DNA from: Octopus vulgaris
Lineage: Eukaryota
Length of the DNA: 64,000 nt
NCBI GenBank assembly: GCA_951406725.2
Contig: OX597831.1
Location: 12,648,001-12,712,000 of the forward strand
Direction of reading: 5' to 3'
Shown here piece by piece: positions 12,891 to 26,800 of this stretch; position 1 is the first letter of the stretch, and the number at the start of each line of letters is the position of its first letter. Position numbers and translations under genes: made by a program. Below the pieces are notes generated by a model. That model saw only the letters and a list, made by a program, of their open reading frames with translations. It was not told the origin of the DNA and ran no database searches.

Positions 12891-14237
12891 TAATTATAAT
12901 TATTATAATTATTATTATTATTATTATCACCAATACCTTGGACTGAAATCACATTCATGCATCCATCGCAAATAGACTTTTATTTCCTTAACTCTAAGTC
13001 CGTTCCTTCAAACACTCATACATTGAAACCGTCAGGAGTGAGCATCATCATTATTATTGTATACATATATTAATACCTTTGATCATAGCAATAAAAAGTG
13101 AAGGTATTTAATCTAATTAAAAACTTTGCTTTTGTCAATGTAAATTTCGATGTAAGATGAATAAAACCAATACGCATTTATTATTTATTTCTTTTCTCTT
13201 TTTTATATTCTTTCAACTCCAGGTCCAATTAAGACATCAGTATTTTGAGAAGTGTGGATTAAGAAAGAATAACAAGGAAAGGAATAAGAAAAACACAAAT
13301 TTTTGTTTGCGAGATCAAAGAGCTATGTTTTTCAATGCTACAATAACAATTTTAAATTAAAATACCAACTAAATAATTATGTTTACAATCGATACGATGC
13401 CTTACATCTACTTGAATAACAGCAACAAATAAATGATCTATGATGTTACATTTGATAAAGTGTTCTTTATTGATAAATTTTCTTTCAGATATATATATAT
13501 ATATATATATACATACATATATATAATATGTATATATATATATATATATATACATACATATATATAATATGTATATATATACATGATACCACTAACTGGA
13601 TTGTAGGTTAAGGTACATGAAAATGTTAAATATATAGAAGATTAAATGTAGTTTAAATAAATTACAAGCAATTTAAAAGAACTAATTTTACTAATACATA
13701 ATAGTTTCAAGCTAAATCATACTATTTTCATTGGTATTTTTATGATGGGTGAAAGGAAGGAGAAAGACATTGAGAAAGATTTTATTTTCCGAGGTTATGA
13801 ACAACAAATAATCTTCTAAAATTTGTTTAATGAAATGTTAGGCGTTCCAATTTTTTAATCTATTCTATCAATTCACAAATAAACAGACAGATAAGTTATT
13901 AGAGTGTTGGAACAAAAGTTGAAGGGCTGTAGATTTGTATCCTGTTGTCAAGTCAATACAGGATACAAACACTTGCATTGTGTTTATTGGTAAGACACTT
14001 GATTCTCAGCAAGTCTATCAAGCTTTAAGTGGGTATCACAAAGTAGTTAGTTCAGTATGAGAAGCAGCAGCAACAATGGCACTGTACAATGAATAAATAC
14101 TTCATTAATTCACAATACTCAGTTCACTTCTCTCACCTCAGCTGCAGAAGATACAAGCATTCTTTCTTCAGGAGCAGCAAGAGAGGGTTGGACAATGTGA
14201 AGCAAATAATCTCCATGAAAGATGTGTTGCTCTAGTG

Positions 14238-14498
14238 CAGTGGTTCTCAACTGGGGTCCATATGGCCCTTGGGGGTCTGTATAAGATTTTATTGTTACAA
14301 CTTATATGCAATAAATTGATTGTATTTATACAATACACAAAATATTAAAAAAAACTTTTATACAATTCTTAATTAAATCTAATTATAAAAATACAGCAGG
14401 AATTTTTTTTTTACATTTATCGAAAGGTTATGATGGTCCAGTAGATTAATATAGGAAACACAGGGGTCCATAGGCAAACAATCAGTTGAGAACCACTA
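14238..14498. mobile_element. hAT (Charlie-like) MITE
   Basis: TIRs CAGTGGTTCTCAAC / GTTGAGAACCACTA, with a degenerate 8-bp TSD (CTCTAGTG / CCCTACTG). Confidence 0.75.
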
Positions 14499-15697
14499 CC
14501 CTACTGATTTGATAATAAAAGAAGTTGGTTTAATCTTTATGTGTTACAAAACATATTGAAATGGAACATTAATACAATGAAGATAACAATAATTTCAGAC
14601 AGTAACTTTCCCTTTCCTCACCACAGTTTTCTGTAACTGTTCACATTCCCTCTCTGGCACAGGGGTAAGCCACGATCAGCAAGGTGCTTCTCATTACCTC
14701 CTTTTACCTCAGCTATTCCTATGACTATGTACAGAATGAAACTTGGCAAACTTGTTACCATATACCCCTGAACTTTTATAATGGGCTATAGTCTATTGAT
14801 TTATACTGTATTTTCCAAGTTGAATTTTTCAGACTAAAATTTATAGCCAAGAAATGGTTAATCGACATATACACAGAGTCAGCTTTGGAGGACTCAAAAT
14901 TCCATGTGAAATGCAGCAGGATTTGGAAAGATAGGGACAATGTTCAGTTGTTTACACTACATGTTTACACTACATACTGTATCAACTTGTTAGTCAGAAA
15001 TTGCAGTAATCAATGCATACTTTTAAGAATATATTTCCGAAAATCAAATCTTGTGTCTCGAAATGGAGCTTTTGGCATGTATATCTAGTATCTCAGTAAA
15101 ACTTTGCTTTCTTCTCCAAAAATTTTTATGAGCTTTTACATGGTTACCTAATCTGCTGAAAATAGTAGCTAAGTTCCTCTCAGACCACATTTTACCATCT
15201 TTAAAATGACACATTCAGTAATGTAGTCTTTGATACATTATCTGAAAGTATGATGGGATGGCCATGACGGAAATGATTTGATTAGAGATCTGTGTGATCT
15301 GGAACTAAACGACAACATCACTGCATTATCAAGATAATCATTTCCAAAATCTCATACCTTAATAGCAAATTTTGGACCATTTCCATTTTTCTTTCTTTGT
15401 ACAATCATAACTTTGATACCACATCCATCATCTTACTTTCACTCAAGCATTAATTTCTATAATTTGATTTTTGAATTAAAGTGGAAGCCTCAACACAGTC
15501 ACTTAAAGTGCAAGAAATAGAAATCAAATCTCCTTCTAAATATTCTCTATCAGCCTGAAACAAAAAGGGGACATTGGATAATACCTTTTTAAAGAGGTAA
15601 AGAGGAAAAAGAAAGACAGGATGGCCTTGAATTGAGTATTTTTGATCATAGATCAACACAATATGAGCTGATTGGGGGCTAAACATCGATAATTAGA

Positions 15698-15883
<186 letters not shown>

Positions 15884-16119
15884 GTCTTCAAGAAGTTTGC
15901 TTTGCAATTACATGGTTTCAGGTTTAGCTGACTGCATGCCACCAATGCTGTATGAGAGCAATTTTGCAAGCCAGAAATTGTATGGAAGCCTATTGTAAGT
16001 GGTACGTGCATATGTATATGATTATTTGTTATCCATGTCATCACAATATTTGAGCAAAGCAGTGATATAGTTTATGTCTCCTACATGCAACTGGTCCCAT
16101 AGCTCCATAATGTCATGTA

Positions 16120-17012
16120 TGAGGTCCGATCAATAAGTATCCGGACTATTGCCATAGTAACAAAGCTAAAACATGCAGAGTAAAGCTGCTGGGCACAGAT
16201 TGACCTTGAACGTTACTGTGCATGTGCACTAAGTTTTAATGTTCTAGCTCACTTCTGTTGTCAACAGCAGTGCTTGCAAGGCACATGTGTAGCATTTGAT
16301 TGTCACAATGATCATGACAGAGTAAGTTGCCATGGCAATGTCTGCTTAGAGGCCAACGCAAAGTTGCAGAAAGTGTATGGAGAGGAGTGTATGAGTCACA
16401 CACAAGCGTACGAGTGGTTCGGATGTTTCCAAGATGGTTGAAAAAATGTCAGTAGTGATGAATGTTCTGTGAGACCCACAACCAGCAGAACTGAGAAAAA
16501 CATCGCAGAAGTGTATGCAGCTGTGAGGGAAAAATTATTGAATCACCATCCGTGACTTAGCAGATGTGCAGATTAGTTACAGTTCAGTTCAGTCCATTAT
16601 CACTGAAGATTTGGGTATAAGATGCGTGTCTGCCATGTTTGTGCCAAAACTATGTTCAACTGATCAAAAAGACACTTGACTCTCAGTTGCACAAGATCGC
16701 CTTGATTGTGTCAAGATCAACGAAAATATTTTGAAAACTTTGCATCGGTCTCTGAGCAGGTATCACCAAGCTTTCAGCAAAATTTGACGCAGATTCTCTG
16801 CTCAACTTTCTCAGTCATGGTGAATGCAACAATCACACACTACACACCTTCGTTCCAAGAACTGCTGTAAACAGCGAAAGTAAGCTAGAACATTAAAACT
16901 TAGTGTGCATGCACAGTAGAGTTCAAGGTCAATCTGTGCCATGTGGCTTCACTCTGCATGCTTTAACTTCATTACTATGGCAACTGTCCGGATACTTATT
17001 GATCAGACCACA
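16120..17012 (+). mobile_element. Internally deleted mariner element with long (~170 bp) inverted ends
   Basis: TA-TGAGGTCCGATCAATAAGTATCCGGAC...GTCCGGATACTTATTGATCAGACCACA-TA. The internal remnant (~16364-16740) reads LQKVYGEECMSHTQAYEWF..FQDG...RPTTSRT...ITIRDLA...FVPKL, the mariner HTH plus WVPH-like linker. No catalytic domain. Confidence 0.9.
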
Positions 17013-18046
17013 TATAACGAACAGTTGGGAAAATAGCTTTCTTGGAACAAAGGTAGGCAACTGAAAGGGCATCTAACTGTAGAATATTTCCTCAATAGTA
17101 CTCATCTTTTCCAAGACTGAATCATTTATTCTATAAGCTAGCCAACTCCTCGTAGTAAAAGAGTGAAATAACACAAAATACCTCAAGTTTTTTAATTAAG
17201 TGTAATAGGATCAAAAATTAGCATTCTTTTGTATAATTATGTGTTAGTATATTTATAACTAAATTCTTTTTTCTATTTTTTTCTCTCAATTTGTTTCCAT
17301 TCTTTCTTAATCATGCAACATTCAACAAATTTTTAGCATTGATTAAGAAACGGAAATTGATTTATAAAAACCTTTTCTTGAAATAGGAAGATGATGATTA
17401 TATTTTCAAGAATGCTTCCATCGATTGGAATAATTTATCATTAAAAATAGTTTGTGTTATTTGGTCCTGGAAGTATCACTCAGTGATGTTCCAGATTAAA
17501 AGTATTGAATATCACTGCTGGGATCAATTCTCACAATAAATATATAAATAAACAAATATTTTGTTTTCATATTTCTAGTGAAACAGCACTAAACAGGAAA
17601 AAAATTTATTTTCCAAGCGGTAGGGTTGGTAGGTCAGGGCAATTTATATTCATCTTTTATGGATAATTGTTTTGTTTTTGTACATATATATGTATATGTC
17701 TATTTATGAATAAAGAAGATAAACAACTATCTTAAAATAAAGCCATTATTAAATGTAAGTGGATGTCATCATACTCATGCTTATTTCTTGTACATTAAAA
17801 AGGATTATTGAAGTCCATAAAGTGCGGAACATCCAGAAATTATGTACATTGTTAATTCAAATATAATTAGTTGTTATTCTTGTGTAGCTGTAATCAGTCT
17901 TTATCAGGCAGACCTATGATCAAAGACATTCCAATAATGACCAACTCATTTTGATGTTTTTGATTTTATTTCTTTTGTTGGGCAGTTGTTTAGATTTCCA
18001 ATGTGTCCACAGTCTTTTTATGATCTCTAACCACCCACCTTCTTTG

Positions 18047-18465
18047 CCCCCTATTCCTGAGAGAGTTGTGGGGTTAGAGCCCTCAGGCACTGCTTCCACA
18101 GGATCTTATCAAAAGTGACTGACATTACAATTTCTGGCTAAACTCTCAAGCGGGACCAACTGAGATTATGGATATTCTCCCACTGTCTCATTCTTGGGCT
18201 ACCCCTAGATCTCTTGATGGTTGGCTTGGCTTCAAGAACCCATCCTGCAATTCTTTCCTGCAACATTCTAATCACATGCCCATAGTATTAGAACTATGAC
18301 CTTTAGCATCTCAACCTAGAAAGACTTTCTGATACTTCAGAGACTCTTCAGAGGAACACATTTCAGCTGCTTATATTTACAGTCATACACTTTCGGTCAT
18401 TAGCCAACATTCATGACCATAGGTGAAGATAGGCACAAAAGTTGAACTGAAGAGAGCAAGTTTTA
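18047..18465 (-). mobile_element. RTE-type LINE 3' remnant
   Basis: Minus-strand translation RSRGSPRMRQWENIHNLSWSRL...DKILWKQCLRAL. A related fragment lies at ~26480-26670. Confidence 0.65.
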
Positions 18466-21400
18466 TGACAATAAGATGTAATATGAGAAAGAGTTGGCTG
18501 TTATTTCTAGCAGTACAAATAATCTAGTAGAAGTTCTTTCATTAGTTCAGAGTTCCAGCAGTTTGTGTGACCTCCTTTAAATGCTATTAGTCAGTGGTTG
18601 AAATGATTTGAAAGTAAAGTCTCTGTGCAAATTGATTTATATACATGCTGGGTTCTGCCCAGTGCATACAAATTCTAATGCTCCTGTAGTTTGCCAAACA
18701 GCAAAGAAGCCAAATGTTAATTGCTCTTGTTTCATAATTAACAGCAGCATGTTACAGCTGATTAATCTAAATCAATGTGCATGGCTTTTCCCTTTCCACC
18801 ATCTTTATTTTGTTTTAATCCTCCAACACAATAACTTCTATAAACCAATGAGGAAACATCTATAATGGGAATAACAGCTAAATTATTCTCAAGGCATACA
18901 CTATCTTCAAAACAGGAAGAAGTCATTGGACAATGTAGGCTAGGAAAGTAAGATGAGATGGTCATAGCTGGAATGTTTTGATCGCAAGTCTGCCTGATAA
19001 GACAACTTAAGGTTTAATAACTTGAGAAACCATATAGTAAGTCATGTGTTGGAAAGATGAAAGCATCATTTAGAATGCGTTGTTAATTGAGTAATTTCCT
19101 TCACATATAATTGTAGACTGGGGATTGTTAAGATTTCCCTAATTAGTTTATATTCAGAATATCAGAATTCTTGTGCATTTTCATATCTGAACTAAGTCAT
19201 GTAATCAATACTTTGAAGAAGTGTTTTTAAAATAGCTGATGAACTCACTTATTGGAGATACTCATTAATTTCTATATATTTATATTAATAATCTGTAACT
19301 GAAATATAATAATTTAACATCATTGTGTTTTTTTATGCTTAACCATAGGTTGGTTCTGATGAAAAAATCATGATTACAGAATTCAAGTGATAACCACCCT
19401 GTCTTTTAGGAGCATCTGGGATTATATTATCTAATGCATCTTGCCCTTTCATAAAACAGTGAAAAATGATCTGAAGGAGATCTGCTATTTCAATTAAATC
19501 AAATGGCTAAATAGAGCAGGACTGGAGATCTCTCTCCCTCTTGTCTGCATTAAAATTAGAAACCCACCACTGAAGAAATCGTTGGATACCGATATGAAGA
19601 AATGGTTTAAGATGTCCACTTTTCTGTACTTGAATGGGTCAGATGGAATTCACTGAGGCAGATTTTTTTTACAACCAGGCACTCTTCTTGCCACCAACTT
19701 TCATCTGTTTCCAAGCAAGCTAATATTTCCCCATGACCAAACACGTGTACACAGAAGACTGAGAACAAGGGACAATGGAGACTTCTTGTATGGCAGTAAC
19801 ATTCATTTACAACTATCACCCCATCTCAAGTCAAGAAGACACAAATACACACATGCATATATGATGGGCTTTTTTCTGGGTATATCTATCAGATCCACTC
19901 ACAAGGCTTTGGTCAATCAAGGATGAAAAGAGAAGACACTTTCCCAGCGGCCATACAATAAGACTGAATCCAGAACCATATGGTTAGAAAGCAAACTTCT
20001 TAACCATGCTGCCATTCCTGCCTACCTATGAATTTGTAAAAGCAAAAATTCATTATTTTTCTCTTGCAAATTAGTTTCTTATGCCTTTGTAATTCGATCC
20101 TAGTTCTGAAAAAGGTTTCCAGCTCCCAACAGAGAGGTTTCCTTGCTAGTTACAATTAATATATAACTAGATGTTTGTGTGAACAGAGAGACAGTAGCAG
20201 AGTCTTATTTACTTGTAGAGAAAAGGAGAAAAAGAAAAAAAAAACCATGCTCAATTACTTATCCAGAAAATTAGTATCAGCTCAGTTTACAATATATTTT
20301 ATTGAAGAGGGAGGAACAATAAAGAAAATATAATTGATTTACAATTCAAAAACCACAAAAAAACCCCCAGATCTGTTTACACAGATATCTGAGACTAAAT
20401 TATCTAATGAATCCTTATCGTATTTATTTTTTAAATGGCAGGGTGTGGTTTGAGGGGAGGTTTTGTTGTTATTTCTAAAACACTATACAACCACATAGAG
20501 GTTCTTTTTACTGGCAACAGTTATTATATAAATATATGTGTGAAGATGGTGGTGACGGCGGTGAGACAGAAACTGTTTATTTGCAGAAAAATGACTTGTA
20601 TCCAATTAGTTGTCCAGAAAAAGAGTATCACAGCTCAGCTTACAATTTATTTTATCAGAAGGTGGGGAACAATAAAGATAAAAGTAATTGGCTTACAATT
20701 CACAGAAAAATAAAATAAAATAAAAACACAAAAATATACCCTTCTGTTTACATAACATTCAAATAATGAAAAAAAAAGATATACACATATTTTTGGTAGC
20801 AATGATTACTCATATTTATTATATTTGCTTCTTGTTAAAAATGTTGATCTTTTTTTTTATTATACATTTTATCTTTACTACACTGTCACTGTAATTTAGA
20901 CACAAAATTGTTACAACTCTAGGAATATTGTTAAACGGCTTTCTCTAGATAACTGTATTTAGGCTATAAACTATAATTTATAATATCTTTGGGGAGTTTC
21001 TACAGCTAATGGTTTATTTACTTGCCATTGATTTTTCAAAAAAAAAAACACCCCACACTACGCATACATACATACGTGTGTGTGTGTGTGTTTTATTGCC
21101 TCAGCAATTTTAAATGTAGCATATTACAAAGAACATGTCAAAGTGCTTTTGAAACTGGTTTGGCTTCACCCTTTACCTAAATTAATTGTTACATCACATC
21201 TATTTGTAAATAAGTGTTATTGCAGTCTCAACTGGACTTATTACGTTGTACAAAACAGTATTCGGAAATGGTTTTGAAAAGGAGCAAATAGAAAAAGAAA
21301 ACACAGTTTATTTTCTTCCTATGTTTTTGTATGTCTATATTTGTTTATTCATTTTTGCTACACTAATTATAGCAGGGAATAAGATTGCAATTTCAGATGC

Positions 21401-21733
21401 ATAGATGAGAAGTAATCACAACTTTTAAGTTATAATATAATAAAAATGGTTTCTGATTTAGACATAGAAGCATTAATCTATAGGGATGTGGATAACATAG
21501 ACCCAATAATTAAAATAATTGTGATTTCAGATTTTAGCACAAGGCCAGCAATGTTAGGAGGTTGGGATAGTCATTTATACTAAGCCCAGTCCTTACTGGT
21601 ACTTATTTTACTGAGCCCAAAGGATGAAAGGTAAAGTCAACTCCAGTAAAATTTAAACCCAGAACATAAAGAACCAGCATTTTAGCAGCATTTTGCTCAA
21701 GGCACTAATGATGCCACTAGCTTGCTGTTTAAA

Positions 21734-21814
<81 letters not shown>

Positions 21815-22029
21815 TAATAATTATAATAATAATCCTTTCTACTATAGACAAAATTTAAAGGAAGGAGATTAGTCAATTGCATCAATCCCATTGCTCAACT
21901 GGTATTTATTGATCCTGGAAAGATAAAAAGTAAAGTTGACCTTGACAGAATCTGAACCCAAAATGCCGCTAAGTATTTTGTCGGCTGTGCTAATGACTCT
22001 GCCAGCTTGCTACTATGCAGTGCTAATTA

Positions 22030-23445
22030 CTGGAATGCAGTTTGGAATAAGTGAGTGTGCAGTGCTAATTAAGAAGATAAACTCTGGTGTCAAAATTATC
22101 ACAACATCATTAGATTGCCATGGAATAATGAGGGGTACAAAGACTTAGGGGTACTGAAGATGATAGGATAATAGGAGAAATGAGAGAAAATCTCTAAAGA
22201 GCACAAGAGACTGGATGGTGCTTGAAATGTGATTAAATAGAGTAACCATCATTAAAGCAATTAATACATGGGCCGTACCAGTGTTGAAATACTTTGCTCT
22301 CTCCCCAAAATGCACAAAAGCTGAGCTACAGAATTAGGACAGAAGAACTAGAAAGCTGCTCACAATACACAACATTCTGAAAGTAGTACTGACAGACTCT
22401 ATGTATCAAGAAAGGAAGGAGGAGGAAGATTACTAAATGAAGAAGACACTGTAAGGACTGAGATATTGGTGTTGAAAATTTATGTTGTGTGGAGTGAAGA
22501 AAGAATACTATTGGTAGCTAGAGAAGCCTAAAATGTTGCTGAAACAGTAGAATTAAAAAGGAGGAGGAACAATAACAGACCAAGCAGGTGGAAAGAAATG
22601 GAATTAAATGGACAATTTATACAATAAACTGATGCTGTTGGAAGTGCATAATGCTGGCTATGGTTGATGAATGGAAACCTGAAATGAGAGACCAAAGCAC
22701 TAATTATAGCTGCTCAGGAACAAGCTATTAAGATGAATCTGATAAAGGCAAAAATTGACAAAACTGAATCTTACGACAAATGAAGAATCTGCAAGTAAGA
22801 AAATATTGTGTCTTGAGTAAGTACAAAAATCTAGCACAAAAAGAGTATAAGTGCAGGCGTGATGTGTAAGTAAAAGAGTGAATTAGGATGTTAGCTAAGT
22901 GTATGGCTTTGATATAACCAGAGAGTGAACATCAACCAGATGCTGTGACAGGAAATAACAAGAAAATGAACATAAACTAGAGGCTGTGACAGAGAACAAG
23001 AATTATGGAACTTCCTCATAAAGACTGACCATACTATTATAGATATTATACAAAACAAAATAAACAGTGTAAGATTACATTACTTACATTTGATGGATAT
23101 CTGTCCTCTTCTTGTTTGTTGTTAACACAATGTTTCAGCTGATATACCCTCCAGCCTTCATCAGGTGTCTTAGCAACAAACAAGATGAGAACAAATATTT
23201 GTCAAATGTAAATAATGCAAAATCAACAATTATTCCTGTGGTAATTTGTGCAATTGGCACAACATCAAAATATCAGCCAAGAGAGTGAAATTTAGACTTA
23301 TATTGTCAACTTGCAGAAAAGTACTATCATATGTTCCATAAGAATCCTAGGAAAGATTCTTGAGATATGAGGAGACTTGTGGTCATCAAACCTCAAGATA
23401 CTCCTGTTAATTAAATTAGCAAGTACTAGCTTGATAATGATGATA
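22030..23445 (+). mobile_element. Decayed R4/Dong/NeSL-like (restriction-like endonuclease) non-LTR retrotransposon, 3' half
   Basis: Interrupted motifs IKAINTWAVPVLKY, RRTRKLLTIH, DRLYVSRKEGG, ETKALIIAAQEQAI, KTDH, IIPVVICAIGTT and LQKS, followed by an (ATA/ATG)n tail. Confidence 0.8.
23076..23219. mobile_element. Third inverted family 1 insertion, hammerhead at 23124-23169 (-)
   Basis: Reverse complement GACAC-CTGATGA-A-GGCTG-GAGGGTATAT-CAGCT-GAAA-CATT-GTGTT, followed by an inverted tail at 23174-23219. Nested in the R4-like LINE. Confidence 0.8.
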
Positions 23446-23754
23446 ATAATAATTCTTTCTACAACAAGTGAACATCTACATGTTCACTCAATCCACTAGA
23501 AATACCAGTCAAATCTCTCTTAAATTACACTCTCATTTAAAAAGGGAGGACATATTGGATAATATAGTTCTAGATATATGTAAGGGATGGGGATGATGAA
23601 ATGATCAAGCTTGGTGTGCTTTTGTTTGTAGGTTTGTTGATATGAAAAAAAAAACAACAAAGACGCACAAGTTATTCCAATAAATTTGAATATAAGGATA
23701 ATTTATTTTCTGTCATAAATAACTTTCTAGCAAATAATAATAATAATAATAATG

Positions 23755-23790
<36 letters not shown>

Positions 23791-23827
23791 TAATAATAAT
23801 AATAAAATAATAATAATAATAATAATG

Positions 23828-23871
<44 letters not shown>

Positions 23872-26800
23872 CGTATAGAATTTAGAATATTTATTTTTCA
23901 TTTGGTTAAAAGCAACTAATTAGCAGTTGAAGAAATTCTTCCCAATGGAAAAATTTAAAAAAGAATATATCAGACAATATTGCAATAAGTGACTATTTAA
24001 AAACTCATTAGCAAAAACCATTTAAGTAATTAAAGCCTAATCAAATTGGGAACAGACCTTTAATGGAAAAATCAATAAATTAAAGTGTTCATCAATAAAC
24101 TACTTTAATGCTGGTGCCTTTGACATCCAACTTACAAACAAGGTATCAGATTCATTAACACCAGAAAAATGTCAGCGCTAGGCTGTTATGAAGATAATGT
24201 TTCCATTACTTAGCTCTTAAAACTAGCTCTCTCGGATGCATAGCTTTAATTAGGTTTTAAATTTTAACTCAGTATTGCTGTTTGTACTAGCGTTATACAT
24301 GCATCGTTTACTTTAAACTGACAGTTGCTTTAGCACTACCAAGGCTGGCCAAGGAGGTTTTGGAAATAATCCATGATCTCTGACCTGGAACGTGTTTGGA
24401 AGAGGTTGTGAAGTACTCCAGTACTTCTTCAGAAACATTTGGAGAATATTCTAGACCATCATTGATAATTTCTTCCATTAAATCATTAAATATGAAAAAA
24501 AAAGTGAAGTAGATATTCCTTCAACTATATTTATTGCTCAAACTCTCAGAAGGATGTAAGTACTTGGCAAACAACACTTGCTATCAGAGTAGAAAATGGA
24601 AGAGAACATTACAAAATACACAAAACACACACACAAAAAAAAAAAAAAAATAACAAGAATAAAATAAAATTCACAACGAAAGAGACAAAGAGGTGCAACA
24701 CATGTGTCTTGTATGCACATATTTTTTTCTTCTAATTACTAAAAATGTCATTAATACCAATGATATACATGTGTGATTATGTATACATATGTATATATTA
24801 TATATACATATACATGTGTGTGTGTATATATGAATACACACACATATCTATACACCCACACACCTCTATATCTACATCTATATATACACACTCACGCACA
24901 CTAAGTAGCAAGGCAGCAAACGTGTCACTTTAGTAATGTTATTAGATATTTATGACATTAAAGATCTTGCTTGATATTGTCAACATTTCTACTCTTTGGC
25001 ATTCAATGGCATCAAAACTGGAATCCATATTTGATAAGCATTTCTGTTTTTCTTTATTGTCTTTATATATTTATTTACTTATTTGTCCATATTAAATCGG
25101 TTAATACCATATAGTGAATTAGTGGCAGAAACAAACAAGACTTTAGCATGTGTCAAGGAGAGAGAACAAAGAAATTATATAGCGCTTTGGATAGCGAAAC
25201 AATTGCTGGAAACAAACAGAGATGTTAGTAGACAGAATTATATAAAATAATACAGAAATAATACTATCATAGAGTCAATGAGATATTATGATTAAAATAA
25301 ATATGAGAGTTGAGATGAGCTTAATTGAAAGGTCAGTTTTAAAGATCAGAGCATCAAGTGCATATATATGTATATAACCAAGGGAAATGATAACTAGAAA
25401 AGCAACTGGTTCCGTTTGTGTATCTATGGGTATACTAATGGACTTCCGAGTAGATAAGAACACAGTTATATGCTGAGCTGTCTTTTATCTTTTATTTGTT
25501 TCAAGCATTAGACTGTGGCCATGCTGGGGCATTGCCTTGAAGAATTTTTAGCCGAATGAATTGACCCCAGTACTCTTTTTTTTTTTAAATATTTCTAGCC
25601 TGATACTTATTCTATCGGTCTCTTTTGCTGAACCACTAAATTACAGAAACACAAACAAACCAACACTGATTGTCAAGCAGTGGGGTAGAGGAACAAACAC
25701 ATACATGAAAACACACACACACACATAGTTATATACACAATGGACTTCTTTCAGTTTCCGTCTACTGAATCTACTCACAAGGCTATGGTCAGCCCAACGC
25801 TAAAGTAGAAGTTGCTTGCCCAAGATACTATGCAATGGGATTGAATCTCAGAACCATGTGGATGGGAAGCAAACTTCTTACCACACAGCCATGCCTGTAT
25901 CTATAAATGTTTTGTAAGAAAGCCATATGTAATAAGTTTTAATATTGTTTCCATTAACTGCTGTTATATGATGGTCTGGGAATACACAAACAAGAAAAAA
26001 AAATGAAAGAAGGAATTGAACATTGAAGTGGGGTTTCAAAATTACTTTCTTCTGCTGAATAATAACGTTCATTATTAAGTTTAGCCTTCAGTTTCTTTAC
26101 CTCCTGATCCGTTAAAAAGAATCAAGATGGTTACATGGATAAAGTACTGGACAACGTGCTTATGGATCACAAATTCAAATTTATTGCAAATGGTTTATTC
26201 ATTTGGGGGTTGGAACAATTTATTTTACATTGCCACAGTTCAACTAATGGCCAGGAAAAGAAAGCAGGACATCTGGAAATGTTACATCTGTGATATGCTG
26301 GAATTTAGTCAAAGAGATTTATCTCTCATCTGCACACCATAAAACCAAATACCCAATAAACCTATAATGCTTATATCATCAATATTCAGAGAATGTAGTT
26401 ATCTATTGATTTCTTGCAGCTTATTTAAGTGTAAGGAATATGTTTGATGAAAAGAAAGTTTAAATATTCCATCCAGCCATCTGTTTTCTCCACCCACTAT
26501 TCTTGCAAGTATTATGGAGGTAGAGTCCCTCAGGCACTTCCTCCATTGGATCCTGTCAGAAGCAACTGTCATTAGACGTCCCCAAGCATGACTAACTGAA
26601 AACATGGATATTATTCAAATGTCTTGTTCTAGGTCTACATCTAGGTCTTTTGCCAGTTGGCTCAGCATGAAGAAATTTCATACATACATATTTTAAATTA
26701 TACAAGTGTCAGTAAATCTGCAACAATACACCACACATTTCAATATGTAATAACATCATTAGAAATTGTAAAAAATCTTGAGAACTCATCCAAGCTTTTA

